A stretch of 32,000 nucleotides of DNA from Candidatus Saccharimonadota bacterium (GCA_021654395.1 AP024486.1:570001-602000); one strand, 5' to 3'. Counted from the stretch's first letter, positions 9,708 to 19,638 are shown. Made by a program: numbers and translations. The notes: generated from the letters alone by a model not told the origin.

Positions 9708-10148
9708 TTGATATATATGTCTAATAAGATAATAGACTTTGGTAAAGATGTGTTAAATAGCGCCTTATATACAACATCAAATTTAAAGCTATTAAAAGAA
9801 AGAGAGCTATATGAGATTAATATATCTATATTAAAGATGATGAAAGATGAGGAGAAAAGAGAGCTATGTAATAAAGTTATAAAGACTATTAGAAGCATAG
9901 CTATAAGAAATAAGGATACAATCAGACTAGAAGGAGAGATCTGCATCGATTATAACGGAAGTATATGCACGCTACTTTTATTAGATCTAGTAAGAATAGC
10001 TACAGAGCATGATAGAATAATTAAAAGAGATTATATAGACATGCTACTTAATGATATTGAGGAAAGTAATAAGTTCGAAACAGATAGAGAGTATTTAATA
10101 GAGTCTTATATTAGAACGTATAATTCAGTTAACAATGCATGTAGATAA
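9708..10148 (+). CDS. hypothetical protein (~143-146 aa)
   Basis: The ORF track start at 9708 is TTG; ATG at 9717 is more likely. No family recognised. It weakly resembles the next ORF (EEKRELCNKV vs KKERKELMDDL, followed by hydrophobic LLLLDLVR vs LDLLFEFLR). Confidence 0.5.
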   Translation: MIYMSNKIIDFGKDVLNSALYTTSNLKLLKERELYEINISILKMMKDEEKRELCNKVIKTIRSIAIRNKDTIRLEGEICIDYNGSICTLLLLDLVRIATEHDRIIKRDYIDMLLNDIEESNKFETDREYLIESYIRTYNSVNNACR

Positions 10149-10170
10149 GCTTTAATTAATATTAAGTTTA

Positions 10171-10581
10171 ATGGCAATTATTATTTATATGACTACAGAG
10201 AATCTAGATACTCTAAAGAAGTTAATGGAATATGCTCCTATTGATATATCAAGAGATGATTTGGACAATGAGATAATAGCTGGATTCTTTAAGCTAAGCA
10301 AGAAAGAGAGAAAAGAGCTTATGGATGATTTAGAGAATCTAGTGAGGAAGGAGTTAAGTGAGGCTGGCTATTCATTAGTAAGATGCCATAGTGGAAATAG
10401 GATCTACTTAAGGATTGATATGCTTGATCTGCTCTTTGAGTTCCTTAGACAGAGTAATCTAACTTTATCTAATTCAGATAATTATGCGATACTAAATGAA
10501 CTAATTAATAACAAGATATACAGAAGAAAGCTTATGACAGCATACCTAGAAGATCTTTGCACACCTATTAGAGAGCTATAG
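10171..10581 (+). CDS. hypothetical protein (136 aa)
   Basis: ORF 22 nt after the previous gene, ending in TAG. No family recognised. It may be a tandem paralogue of 9708-10148. Confidence 0.5.
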   Translation: MAIIIYMTTENLDTLKKLMEYAPIDISRDDLDNEIIAGFFKLSKKERKELMDDLENLVRKELSEAGYSLVRCHSGNRIYLRIDMLDLLFEFLRQSNLTLSNSDNYAILNELINNKIYRRKLMTAYLEDLCTPIREL

Positions 10582-10918
10582 GTAGATAGATTAATATAGC
10601 TTTAATATTAGGTAGTATTATAAGCAACGAGCTATTATCTAGATAATGAGATCTTTAAAAAGCTATATCTTTAGAGATAGATAGCTAAGATATCGGAACC
10701 TCTTTGAATAAGATTTTTATAAATACTCTAAGCTCTATAACTATCTTATTCTAAAGTTAAAAAGATCAGAGGCATAACTAACTAGTTATACAAGCCCAAT
10801 ATTTTATTAAAGTCATTTAAAATAGCAGCTAATAGATCTCTGATAATCTGATTGGCTAATGGCCTCTAATCTATTATAAAATTTAAAGTATATGTAGATA
10901 TAATTAAGACATGTAGGA

Positions 10919-11614
10919 GTGATTTACATATCTAAAGAGAATGAGCAGATGTTTAACAGAATAGCAGATAGATACGAGATAGCAAATACAATATTTAGCT
11001 TTGGCTTGGATAAGTACTTCAGGGCTAAGGCTGCAGAGATTGCTATTAAGCCTAATGAAATATATAAGATTCTAGATACTGCTACTGGTACTGGAAATCT
11101 TATCACCGAGCTATTAAGAAGAGCGTATAGTGTTAATAGTAAGATAGAGATATATGCTATAGATCAAAGCTCTAAGATGCTTAATGTAGCAAGGAGAAGA
11201 TTTAATGGCTTAAGTAATGTACATATATACAGAATGGATGCTCTGCATACTAGCTTTAAAGATGAAAGCTTTGATCTAATAACTAACTCTATGGCTTTAA
11301 GGAACTTTGATGATAGATTAAGCTTCCTTAAAGAGTCGTATAGACTATTGAAGCGTAAAGGTAGATTAGTTATACTAGATACTGCTATACCAGATAGCTT
11401 AGCTTGTAGAATCTTCTTCGAGATCTACTCCAGATTAATTCTACTAGAGGGATACTTTATTGATAAAGATGCATATAAGTTTATGATAGATAGTATAAGA
11501 AGGCAGAGAAGAGATGAGGTACTAGAGCTATGCTATAAAGCTGGCTTTAGTAAGTGCAATATAATGAATCTATTTAGTGAGATTCCATTTATAATAGAAG
11601 CTTTTAAGATCTAG
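10919..11614 (+). CDS. class I SAM-dependent methyltransferase, UbiE/MenG-like
   Basis: UbiE-type N-terminus (MFNRIADRYEIANTIFSFGLDKYFR). SAM motif I ILDTATGTGN, post-I IYAIDQS, motif II DESFDLI, motif III KRKGRLVILD. The track start at 10919 is GTG; ATG at 10949 is an alternative start. Confidence 0.85.
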   Translation: MIYISKENEQMFNRIADRYEIANTIFSFGLDKYFRAKAAEIAIKPNEIYKILDTATGTGNLITELLRRAYSVNSKIEIYAIDQSSKMLNVARRRFNGLSNVHIYRMDALHTSFKDESFDLITNSMALRNFDDRLSFLKESYRLLKRKGRLVILDTAIPDSLACRIFFEIYSRLILLEGYFIDKDAYKFMIDSIRRQRRDEVLELCYKAGFSKCNIMNLFSEIPFIIEAFKI

Positions 11615-11831
11615 GGTAGAAGTATCTTCCTATGAGCGATTGGATCTATTACAATAGATTTCAATAGCTATATGGCTAAAAGCTTTTAGCACATGCTAAG
11701 TGTAATTTTCTAGGCAACTATAGAGATTATTAGGATATAAATAAGGTAAAGGTCTTTCTAGGAGTAAGTTTATAATATCTATCTATGAAATATAAACTCT
11801 CATTCTTAAAATAGATTATACTCTTATAATA

Positions 11832-11870
11832 AAATTTAAATAGTTTATATTACAATATTTTTTTAAAGTA
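11832..11870 (+). promoter_or_regulatory. TATA-box promoter region conserved between two Yip1-like paralogues
   Basis: ATTTAAATAGTTTATATTACAAT precedes the start by ~20-35 nt. It is nearly identical to 19889-19924, upstream of the second paralogue. Confidence 0.5.
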
Positions 11871-12536
11871 GTGATGTATATGGAAGGAAACTCTTTTATA
11901 GATTCATACAAAAGAGCAATAGATGTAATACTGCATCCAGGCGTAGCTACGAAGGACACTATGACTTTAAAATCTGGCATTATAGAAGTTTATAAAGTTG
12001 GCTTAATACCAGCCATACTAGGAATTATAATTAGCGTTCTATTAGGATCTACATTAGCAACGACCTCTACATTAGGGCTTGTTAGTGGAGCATTCGTGTC
12101 TTTACTTGGAGTTATAGGAGTAATAATAGAGTATATACTTGAACCGTTGCTATTAATAATAGTAGCAGGTATATACCATTTAATAGTTGGAAAGCTTTTT
12201 AGGATCTACAAATCTGGCTTCAGCAATGTATATACTGCATTTGTATATGGAATATTCCCATATATGCTCCTATTCTGGCTTCTTAATGTACCAGGATTAA
12301 ACATAGTATTAGCAATAGTAATAATAATATGGGAGTTTATCATACAGATAATAGCATTATCTAATCAGCTACATATTAGTAGATTCAAAGCTTTCGGAAC
12401 ATTGCTGCTAGAGTATATAATAATTGTAATAATATCTGCATTAATAAGCTTTGCACTATTGCTGCCAGTACTAACCGGCGCAGTTGGGCCAGTACCATAT
12501 AGTGGTAGTAGACCACCAGTACCGCCATATCCTTGA
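11871..12536 (+). CDS. multi-pass membrane protein, Yip1-domain-like (paralogue 1)
   Basis: 221 aa. The N-terminus NSFIDSYKRAIDVILHPGVATKD is followed by about five hydrophobic helices, an architecture typical of prokaryotic Yip1/DUF1282-type proteins. It has a Pro-rich tail (SRPPVPPYP). The likely start is ATG 11874 or 11880 (the track start is GTG). The family call is tentative. Confidence 0.8.
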   Translation: MMYMEGNSFIDSYKRAIDVILHPGVATKDTMTLKSGIIEVYKVGLIPAILGIIISVLLGSTLATTSTLGLVSGAFVSLLGVIGVIIEYILEPLLLIIVAGIYHLIVGKLFRIYKSGFSNVYTAFVYGIFPYMLLFWLLNVPGLNIVLAIVIIIWEFIIQIIALSNQLHISRFKAFGTLLLEYIIIVIISALISFALLLPVLTGAVGPVPYSGSRPPVPPYP

Positions 12537-12550
12537 AATAGAAGCCAGCC

Positions 12551-12577
12551 TTATTTCTTTTTATATCTTTCTTTTTA
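12551..12577 (+). terminator. oligo-T tract downstream of the Yip1-like gene
   Basis: TTATTTCTTTTTATATCTTTCTTTTTA lies 15 nt after the TGA. Archaeal termination commonly uses T-runs. Confidence 0.35.
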
Positions 12578-12740
12578 AAATATCTAACTTTAAAAAAGAA
12601 TTTAGACTTTATTAGACTATTTAATGTATTGCTCTTTTTAAGTTAATATCTTATTGCATTATAAGCATCTTAGTTAGATAGAAGATATAAATATCTATAA
12701 TTAGCTAATACTCTTAAAAGATCTCAGGATAGAGATTTAG

Positions 12741-13214
12741 ATGAATACTAGTTTAAGATCTAGCAATCTTGAAAGTTCTACGGAGCAGATATACAAGTAT
12801 AATATAGAATTTATTAAGAGCTTAGAATCCAAGAAGATATATCTATCAGTAGCTATTGATATAGTTAAGCAAAGAGTTAAGGATAAGAGGCCAAATCTTG
12901 ATATAAGTAAAGAAGATATTGAAGATCACTCTGAGATACTTCTAACTATGATCTTTGGGGAGATTATACGTAATGCCTCTGAGTCTGGTATTCTACTAGA
13001 TAAAGATAGTACTTCAAGTATCTTTAATAGATTACTTAAGGACGAAAGCTTTATGCAAACAATTGAAAACATATGCATTAGTATTATAGAAGAAAAGAGT
13101 AGGGGAAAATATAATATTAGAACTAAAGGATTCAATGATAGTATTGTTGGAACTACAAAGTCAGCTAGTATAGGTAAGTTCCCTATTGGGCCTTTAGGAC
13201 GTTTTATGGATTAA
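12741..13214 (+). CDS. hypothetical protein (157 aa)
   Basis: Clean ATG ORF with a soluble composition. No family recognised. Confidence 0.55.
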   Translation: MNTSLRSSNLESSTEQIYKYNIEFIKSLESKKIYLSVAIDIVKQRVKDKRPNLDISKEDIEDHSEILLTMIFGEIIRNASESGILLDKDSTSSIFNRLLKDESFMQTIENICISIIEEKSRGKYNIRTKGFNDSIVGTTKSASIGKFPIGPLGRFMD

Positions 13215-13397
13215 GTAGTTAAATATGAGGATATCGTTATTAAGCCGTTTAAGACCTGCTTACTAGAGGCTTCATAAATATCTATCAATCATAGAAAGTA
13301 AAATAATATATGCCTAATATGCCTAAAAACGACAAGATTTATAAATCAGATAATCTTAATATCTAAAAATATTAATTCTTCAGTTTTGTGATTCTAA

Positions 13398-14188
13398 ACG
13401 CTATTATCTAAGAGAAAAGAGATAGATAAATCAACTCTTATTAAAGCTATAAGAAATGTAGATGAGAAGAAGTTCACAGATTACTATTATAGTAAGTTAG
13501 ACAATAGTACCGAATGCTTTAGCTTAAAAGCAGAGATCAGAGATACATTTCCAGTAGATGTATGTGGGGAGCTTTTTATATACCGGTTGTACAATTTTCA
13601 GCATATACATTTGGTAAGATTAAAGATAAGAAGGGATATACGCTACTTTGTGCAGAAAGTATAAGAAGTCCTGTATTTAAAGATATAGATGGCAACACAT
13701 ATACTATGGAAGTAGATATAGAAAGGACAGCAAAATATCCAATAAGCGAGCTGCTTCCACGTCATACAATCCATATAATTAAACCACAAATTTATCTAAA
13801 ATTCGTAACTAATAGGGATATACCAATAAATAGAGAGGAGAATTCTCTTCCTTTGATGCTAGTCTTTCCATTTATTAGATTTAATAAAGATAAAGGCTAT
13901 CAGAAAAGGTATCTGCTATTATATAAGGCATGATATGGCTACGATACATTTATAGAAACAAGAAAGTTATTGCTAAAACTATTACCAAATATTCCTGAGC
14001 TGATGCTACCCATCAATCTAATTATTGAAAGAGTAGAAGGTAGATCTAAAGAATACATTATAACAAGTAGTAAAGAAAGACTAAGTGTAAATTATATTGT
14101 ATTTAGTAATATAAAAGATGATGCCGAGGAGTACTATAGTGAGAGAAAGATACCAAGAGCAAGAAAAGTAATAAGACTTAAAGATTGA
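13398..14188 (+). pseudogene. disrupted gene of unknown function (one frameshift plus an in-frame TGA)
   Basis: An open frame at 13398-13664 has no ATG and overlaps the ORF 13562-13933 in another frame. The track ORF 13970-14188 starts at TTG and is in the same frame as 13562-13933. The two are separated only by TGA at 13931-13933, with no other stop between them. Confidence 0.45.
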
Positions 14189-14498
14189 AATATGACGAAT
14201 TAAGAAGCATATGGTAATATATAAATATCTCATAAGTGCCTTATTATAAGATATTAATGATAAATTCTACAGAGGAATCAGAGTTTAGTATAAGAGAATT
14301 TTACATAAAATTAATAAAGAACGTTCAAATAAATATTATAAGATATTAAAGAGAAAAGGAGAGGAGGACTTAGAAAAAGAAACTTTTATCGTTGTATCTT
14401 CCTCAGCCCAGCATAAAAGATCCGGATCATAAGCAGATGCATATAGAAAAAAGTTAGAAGAAGCGCTAGAAAAATTCTTTGGTGATCTTAAAACTACA

Positions 14499-15268
14499 AT
14501 GGAAGAAGGATCATTGGCGCTTATTTATAATGAAAATGGTCATGAGAATTATACAACACTAGATCGTATTGTCATAGAAGAGAATGATGAGTCAGCAGAC
14601 ATAGGTATATTCGAAGCTAAAGGATTCCCCAAGGGAGCTTACTATATAATAATTAATCGTATGAGGCGTATATTAGAAGATAAAAATTTAAAAGATAAAG
14701 ATATGGGTATATTAATAAATGATGTTGTCAAGGAGCTTCCTAATCATATACAGAAGCTTTTCTATAGGCTAAAGGATGGTTTTAGTGAGATAGCAGGTAG
14801 CTTTGATGTAGAGACTGAAGCGAAAAAGAAGAAAGAGTTAAATTTATACTATATATTTGTAACTGGAGTATTGAAGAGAATAAGAATGCTTCTAATAGTA
14901 ATGTTCAGGCAGAAGATAAAGATATTATAAATATGCTACATACCTTTATATCGGCTACGCGTAATAAACCAGAGAGTTACTATTAATGTGGGAAACAAGA
15001 AATTAGAGATTATATTAGTAGGGATATGATATTCTTATCATTAAATCAGTTTAAGATAATCTTAAGTCATTTAAAAGCACAGAGAGCGAGTCAGCTTCGT
15101 TTAACTAGTATGGATTATGCAAATGCTATTATAGAGCCAAAGGGTGTAATAAACTTTGTAAAGCAAGAGATAATTAATAGAAAGAAGGAGCAAGAGATTA
15201 ATGACAGTAAATTAGAGATTAGAGGTGAGGATAGCAGCAACAGCGAAGTAACGATTACGAGCGTTTAA
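14499..15268 (+). pseudogene. disrupted gene of unknown function (probable frameshift plus an in-frame TAA)
   Basis: ORF 14499-14930 overlaps an alternative open frame at 14819-14986. That frame continues past a single TAA (14984-14986), with no further stops, into the track ORF 15026-15268. Confidence 0.4.
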
Positions 15269-15548
15269 ATTAATAATTAAGAATTTTTTAGACATCTCTA
15301 GAAAATTACTCTTATTTTTATTCTATATATTCTAATTAAAGATAATTATTATATAAATCTACAAGATTTCAGATCTAATAGGTAATGTAGTATATATCTA
15401 CTTAAAGGCTAATAAATAGCTTTAAATCAAATTTAATCTAGTATATTCTAAATTATTCTTAAGACTTTAAGCTAGAATGTAATTTCATAAAATAACTATT
15501 TAATAATTTATAGTATTTTTAAATCTTATGCTTTATTTAATAGAAAGA

Positions 15549-15599
15549 TTTAAATATCATTAATATGCCAATATATAGGATATCTAAAGTTTGAGGTGA
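15549..15599 (+). promoter_or_regulatory. TATA box plus strong Shine-Dalgarno for the 795-aa gene
   Basis: TTTAAATA at 15549-15556 and GAGGTGA at 15593-15599, 4 nt before the ATG at 15604. Confidence 0.5.
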
Positions 15600-15603
15600 T
15601 TAT

Positions 15604-17991
15604 ATGAGAGTATTAAAAGGCATAGATAATGGTTTTTCTGGTTTAGATGAATTAAATTTTATTATAGAAAATACAAAATCTGCTCTTAGATCTAAACATC
15701 CTGAATTTGATGAAGTCCAGAAGTTACTGAAAAAATTAGAAGAAACTTATAGAGATATGCCAGAAGCCTTAGAACTTTTACGTTATAGCTTAAAGAGTTT
15801 TATAGGGTATGAGTTTACTGATAAATTATATAAAACGGAATATAAAATTAGGGTAATTGATCTTCTAGCATCACAAGATACAAAAGAGCTTTTTAAAGAA
15901 GCTTTTAAGAGAATCGATTCTTTATTTGCAAATGGAAATGGTTCAGAAAAAATAAAGGCTCAATTTGTAAACGCTATTGAATCGATAGCCAAGGCCATTT
16001 CTAAAGCAGAATATAGTGGTAAATTAAGTCCTGATAGTACAGATATAAAAAATATCTATAAAAATTTTATAGAGGACACTAAAGAGTTATTAAGGTATAT
16101 AAATGAAGCTAATGTTAGTAATGATTTAAAAATAGAATTCCTTAAAGCTATTAATTTAACTATATATGAAACAAGCGATTACTATTATAAAGATATATAT
16201 AAAACAGATATATATAAAATATTTAAATTAGAGAAAGGGGGGTCAATTAGGAAAGATAAAGTAGAAGCCGAGTTAAACAAATATAAAAGTATATCAGAAA
16301 GGTTTGATCTAGAACTCGATGATTTTCTTGTAAAAGAGATATATAGTTATATATCTGCAATAAGAATTAAATCTGATGATCAGAGGTATGATAAATTAGC
16401 AGATGGTATACTAGATTGGTATTCTAAAGATTTAAGTTCTAAGTGGGAGGCAGCTCGCCTTACTAAATACGCATTGGAACTTTTCTATTTAACTATCAGA
16501 AATAGTAATTTTAAAGATTTAGAACCAATAGAGCGTATAATTGAACCACTTAAGAATAAAGATCTTGCTGAAGGATTAGCTTATAACAGAAATATTTCTG
16601 ATATTATAAATAATGTAGCAAAGATTTATAAGATATTTGGCGATCTTTATCCAGAAGTTATAAAGTATATGGTAAAGAAGGGTAATACTAAGGATCTAAT
16701 TACCATAGAAGCTATAAGTGATGAAAAGTATGCTTCTGAAGTAATAGAGAAGCTAGGTCTTGATAAAAATAATATAGGATATAGAGCAATAGGTAAATTA
16801 ATTGAAATCGCCTTCTATGCAGATTTATGTAAGTATTTAGGTATAGATATAGAGAAGGTAGATAACAAAGATCTAAATGGCTTTTTAGATAGTATTAAGA
16901 GGTTAGTAGCTGAAAAGTTAATAAAAGAAATAATAGAGGAAAGAAACAACAAAATTAGAAATGAAGCTAATCTAAAAGGTACAGAAAGCCCGCAGTATAA
17001 TGAATATATAGAAAGATACGCTGACAAAGTTATAAGATTATTAGATATTTTTGGGTCAACTATAAAATCTTATACAAAGCTAGTAAAAGAAGTAATAGCT
17101 AAAACCATATCTAATAATGAAACCTCTTATGAATCATTTACAGTTAAGGTTAAAGGATTATTTAGAATGAAAGATAGACATCAGTTTATTTATAATATTA
17201 TAAAGGAAGAGCTAAATGATTATGCATATAAGCTCGGAGTTAATACAGATATAGATAAATTGAACACTACAGAAGAGCTTAAGAAGCTTGCTCAGAGTCT
17301 AATAAGCCGTGTAAATAATATAATTAGGAAGAATAAACAGATAAATGATATAGAAAAAAAGAAGTATAAAGAGATTGAAGGTAAGCTAAATGAAATAATA
17401 AATAAGCTAAGTAATGGTGTTGATAGTAAAGAGCTAACAGTAGAGATAACTAGAGACCCTATTCGCATGTTTGAAGCAGTGAATTCCGTTAGCTCATGTA
17501 TATCTCCTGGTGGAGTTAACTTTTGGAGATCAAGTCGCGCATTTATTAAGGATGCTTTAAATTCCGAAGAGCCGAGCTTCCTTATGCTAGTAGTATCAGA
17601 TGGAAATAGAATCATAGCTAGAGCTCCATTAGCTATCGGATATGTGCTTGAGAAAGATGGGGATGGAAGATATTTATTAAAAAACAATAGAAAAGCAGTT
17701 GCTTTGATAAGTAACGTATACACCTCAATACCAGATACTGAAGTCGATGAAGAGGTCTTAAAGAAGATATTAGAAGAGTATGCACATAAGAATAATCTTG
17801 ATATTGTAATACCTAAAGAAGAGAGAATATTATTTGCAGTAACACACCGAGAACCAGATATATATGGAGATCATATTGTCGGCCATAATTGGTTCAATAT
17901 ATCATATATCAAAGGAATAGGAGGTATTAGGATATACGATAATGAATACTGGTCGGTAGTAGAATTAGAGAAAAAACCACCAATGCTTTAA
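15604..17991 (+). CDS. large hypothetical protein (795 aa): helical region plus a C-terminal Cys/His domain; paralogue of 6937-9405
   Basis: Long ORF with no TM segment. The C-terminus aligns with the 822-aa ORF: LTVEITRD..SVSSCISPGGVNF (Cys632, codon 17497-17499), FLMLVVSDGNRIIAR, ILEEYAHKNN, IYGDHIVGHNWF (His761, codon 17884-17886). Confidence 0.8.
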   Translation: MRVLKGIDNGFSGLDELNFIIENTKSALRSKHPEFDEVQKLLKKLEETYRDMPEALELLRYSLKSFIGYEFTDKLYKTEYKIRVIDLLASQDTKELFKEAFKRIDSLFANGNGSEKIKAQFVNAIESIAKAISKAEYSGKLSPDSTDIKNIYKNFIEDTKELLRYINEANVSNDLKIEFLKAINLTIYETSDYYYKDIYKTDIYKIFKLEKGGSIRKDKVEAELNKYKSISERFDLELDDFLVKEIYSYISAIRIKSDDQRYDKLADGILDWYSKDLSSKWEAARLTKYALELFYLTIRNSNFKDLEPIERIIEPLKNKDLAEGLAYNRNISDIINNVAKIYKIFGDLYPEVIKYMVKKGNTKDLITIEAISDEKYASEVIEKLGLDKNNIGYRAIGKLIEIAFYADLCKYLGIDIEKVDNKDLNGFLDSIKRLVAEKLIKEIIEERNNKIRNEANLKGTESPQYNEYIERYADKVIRLLDIFGSTIKSYTKLVKEVIAKTISNNETSYESFTVKVKGLFRMKDRHQFIYNIIKEELNDYAYKLGVNTDIDKLNTTEELKKLAQSLISRVNNIIRKNKQINDIEKKKYKEIEGKLNEIINKLSNGVDSKELTVEITRDPIRMFEAVNSVSSCISPGGVNFWRSSRAFIKDALNSEEPSFLMLVVSDGNRIIARAPLAIGYVLEKDGDGRYLLKNNRKAVALISNVYTSIPDTEVDEEVLKKILEEYAHKNNLDIVIPKEERILFAVTHREPDIYGDHIVGHNWFNISYIKGIGGIRIYDNEYWSVVELEKKPPML

Positions 17992-17995
17992 ACCT

Positions 17996-18181
17996 TTATT
18001 CCTTTATTACTTCCTCGTGCTCATCTGCTTGGAAGTTGACTTTATGGTGTGTTCCATCACAGAATGGCTTGTTTGCTGAATGACCGCATCTACATAACGC
18101 AAATCTTACCTTGCCATCTATTAATAATAGATTTGGTCCATTCTTAGTGGATTTTATCACAATCTCTTTCATATTAATCAA
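17996..18181 (-). CDS. CDGSH-type iron-sulfur domain protein (61 aa)
   Basis: CRCGHSANKPFCDGTH matches the CDGSH signature C-x-C-x2-(S/T)-x3-P-x-C-D-G-(S/A/T)-H exactly. It is convergent with the 795-aa gene, with 4 nt between the stops. Confidence 0.88.
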   Translation of the reverse strand: MINMKEIVIKSTKNGPNLLLIDGKVRFALCRCGHSANKPFCDGTHHKVNFQADEHEEVIKE

Positions 18182-18262
18182 TAATGAATTGTATATAAAT
18201 TTTTATATATCTGTTGCTTAATCTCATTTACTCAGATAATTAAAATTAAAATATAGATTACA

Positions 18263-18295
18263 TATGACACAAAAAATATATAAATTTGTGTTACA
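18263..18295. repeat. 33-nt palindromic element, copy A (downstream of the ATPase gene)
   Basis: TATGACACAAAAAATATATAAATTTGTGTTACA has arms TGACACAAA / TTTGTGTtA with one mismatch. It is nearly identical to 19608-19639. Confidence 0.8.
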
Positions 18296-18321
18296 TGTGA
18301 TATAAAGTATCTTTCAGTGGT

Positions 18322-19638
18322 TTAACTTTTAATATAATAGCCAAGTAAGAAGCTTACAATATCAATGATCTTTATGCCTTTGTTATATAGATCTTTGATA
18401 ATCTCATTATTAGGTAGCTCCTTAACTATTATGTATCTGTTCTTTATATTTAAGCGTAATCTTTTGCTTATTGTCTCTATAGCGCTAACCTCTCTTTCGT
18501 ATGTTAAAGGATCATTAATAGAATAGCTTACCTGTATAATATCTAAAGATCTATCATTATTTACAACTACAAAATCAACCTCTTTCTTAGTTAATGTATC
18601 TGTCCAATAGTAGAACTCTTTACCTCTTCTCTTTAGCTCTATAGCAACAAGATTCTCTAATAATCTGCCTCTGTCTAGCATATTAAATCCGTTAACTATT
18701 GCTAAGCCATTGTCTATAGAATACACCTTTCTAGGACTATTCTCTTGCTCTTTTAAAGACGTTGAGAATCTCTTTACTAAGAATATAGAAAATGAGCTCT
18801 CGATATAATTTGTATATCTCTCTATAGTTTTTAAAGGTATCTTAGTAAATCTTGCTAATCTATTATATGTTATTGGATTTCCTATATTTGTAAGATAGTA
18901 TCTTGCTATAGCTCTAAGCTTCTCAGGATTTCTTATGTTGTATCTTAATATTACGTCTTTTACTATTATTGTATCGAAGTAGCTGTTTAACAATTCAATC
19001 TTGCTATCGTTTAATACTACATCCGGAAATCCGCCATAGAGCATATACTCTTCTAGATATCTTTGAATCTCTATATGTTTACTTGCAAGATCTAGCTTAT
19101 CCTTTATATCTAATCCTTTAAAGATTAAAAATTCATAGAAGCTTAAGGGCGTTATCTCTATGCTTATATGCCTTCCAGATAGCAATGTATTATACTCAGA
19201 GCTCAACAGCTTTGATGAAGATCCAGTAAGAATGAATCTGGCTTCGTTTCTCTCTGTTAAACCTCTAACAAATCTCTCCCATCCTTCTATCTCTTGTGCC
19301 TCATCTATTATTATATAAGCTATTCCTTCTTTCTTTATATTCTTTCTGTAAACATTGTAGATATCATTTAGTATATCTTCTTCTTTCTGAAGTCTCTCAT
19401 CATTCAGATTTATTATTAATGTTGAATACTTATCCAATCCATTATCAATTAGCTCCTTTATAACCTGCTTGGCTATATAAGACTTTCCAGATCTTCTTAT
19501 ACCTATTTCTGCTATGATCTTAGAACTCTTAAGTAATCTAACTATCTTATCTGTATATATCTTTCTTTTAATATTATTAGTACCTGATCTTCGAGCATTA
19601 ATATCTATATGACACAAAAATATATAAATTTGTGTCAT
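18322..19638 (-). CDS. AAA-type ATPase of the COG1373 family (AAA_14 plus DUF4143 architecture)
   Basis: Walker A GIRRSGKSY and Walker B IIIDEAQ. Other family-typical motifs are ILTGSSSKLL..LSGR..ITPLSFYEF, YMLYGGFP, a DUF4143-like middle region (IVKDVILRYNIRNPEKLRAIARYY), PRKVYSIDNGL, and C-terminal EVDFVVV..IIQVSY. The annotated ATG lies inside the palindrome 19608-19639 and there is no other ATG nearby, so the true start is uncertain. Confidence 0.9.
   Translation of the reverse strand: MTQIYIFLCHIDINARRSGTNNIKRKIYTDKIVRLLKSSKIIAEIGIRRSGKSYIAKQVIKELIDNGLDKYSTLIINLNDERLQKEEDILNDIYNVYRKNIKKEGIAYIIIDEAQEIEGWERFVRGLTERNEARFILTGSSSKLLSSEYNTLLSGRHISIEITPLSFYEFLIFKGLDIKDKLDLASKHIEIQRYLEEYMLYGGFPDVVLNDSKIELLNSYFDTIIVKDVILRYNIRNPEKLRAIARYYLTNIGNPITYNRLARFTKIPLKTIERYTNYIESSFSIFLVKRFSTSLKEQENSPRKVYSIDNGLAIVNGFNMLDRGRLLENLVAIELKRRGKEFYYWTDTLTKKEVDFVVVNNDRSLDIIQVSYSINDPLTYEREVSAIETISKRLRLNIKNRYIIVKELPNNEIIKDLYNKGIKIIDIVSFLLGYYIKS

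Noticed and set aside
13931-13933. In-frame TGA (and TAG at 24744, TAA at 14984) as stop-codon recoding (Sec/Pyl/reassignment)
   Set aside because: All three stop codons terminate well-supported genes in this window: TGA ends gyrA and the first Yip1-like gene, TAG ends 10171-10581 and the methyltransferase, and TAA ends many. Three different codons are involved. I saw no SECIS-like or PYLIS-like context. Pseudogenisation or sequence error is the simpler explanation.
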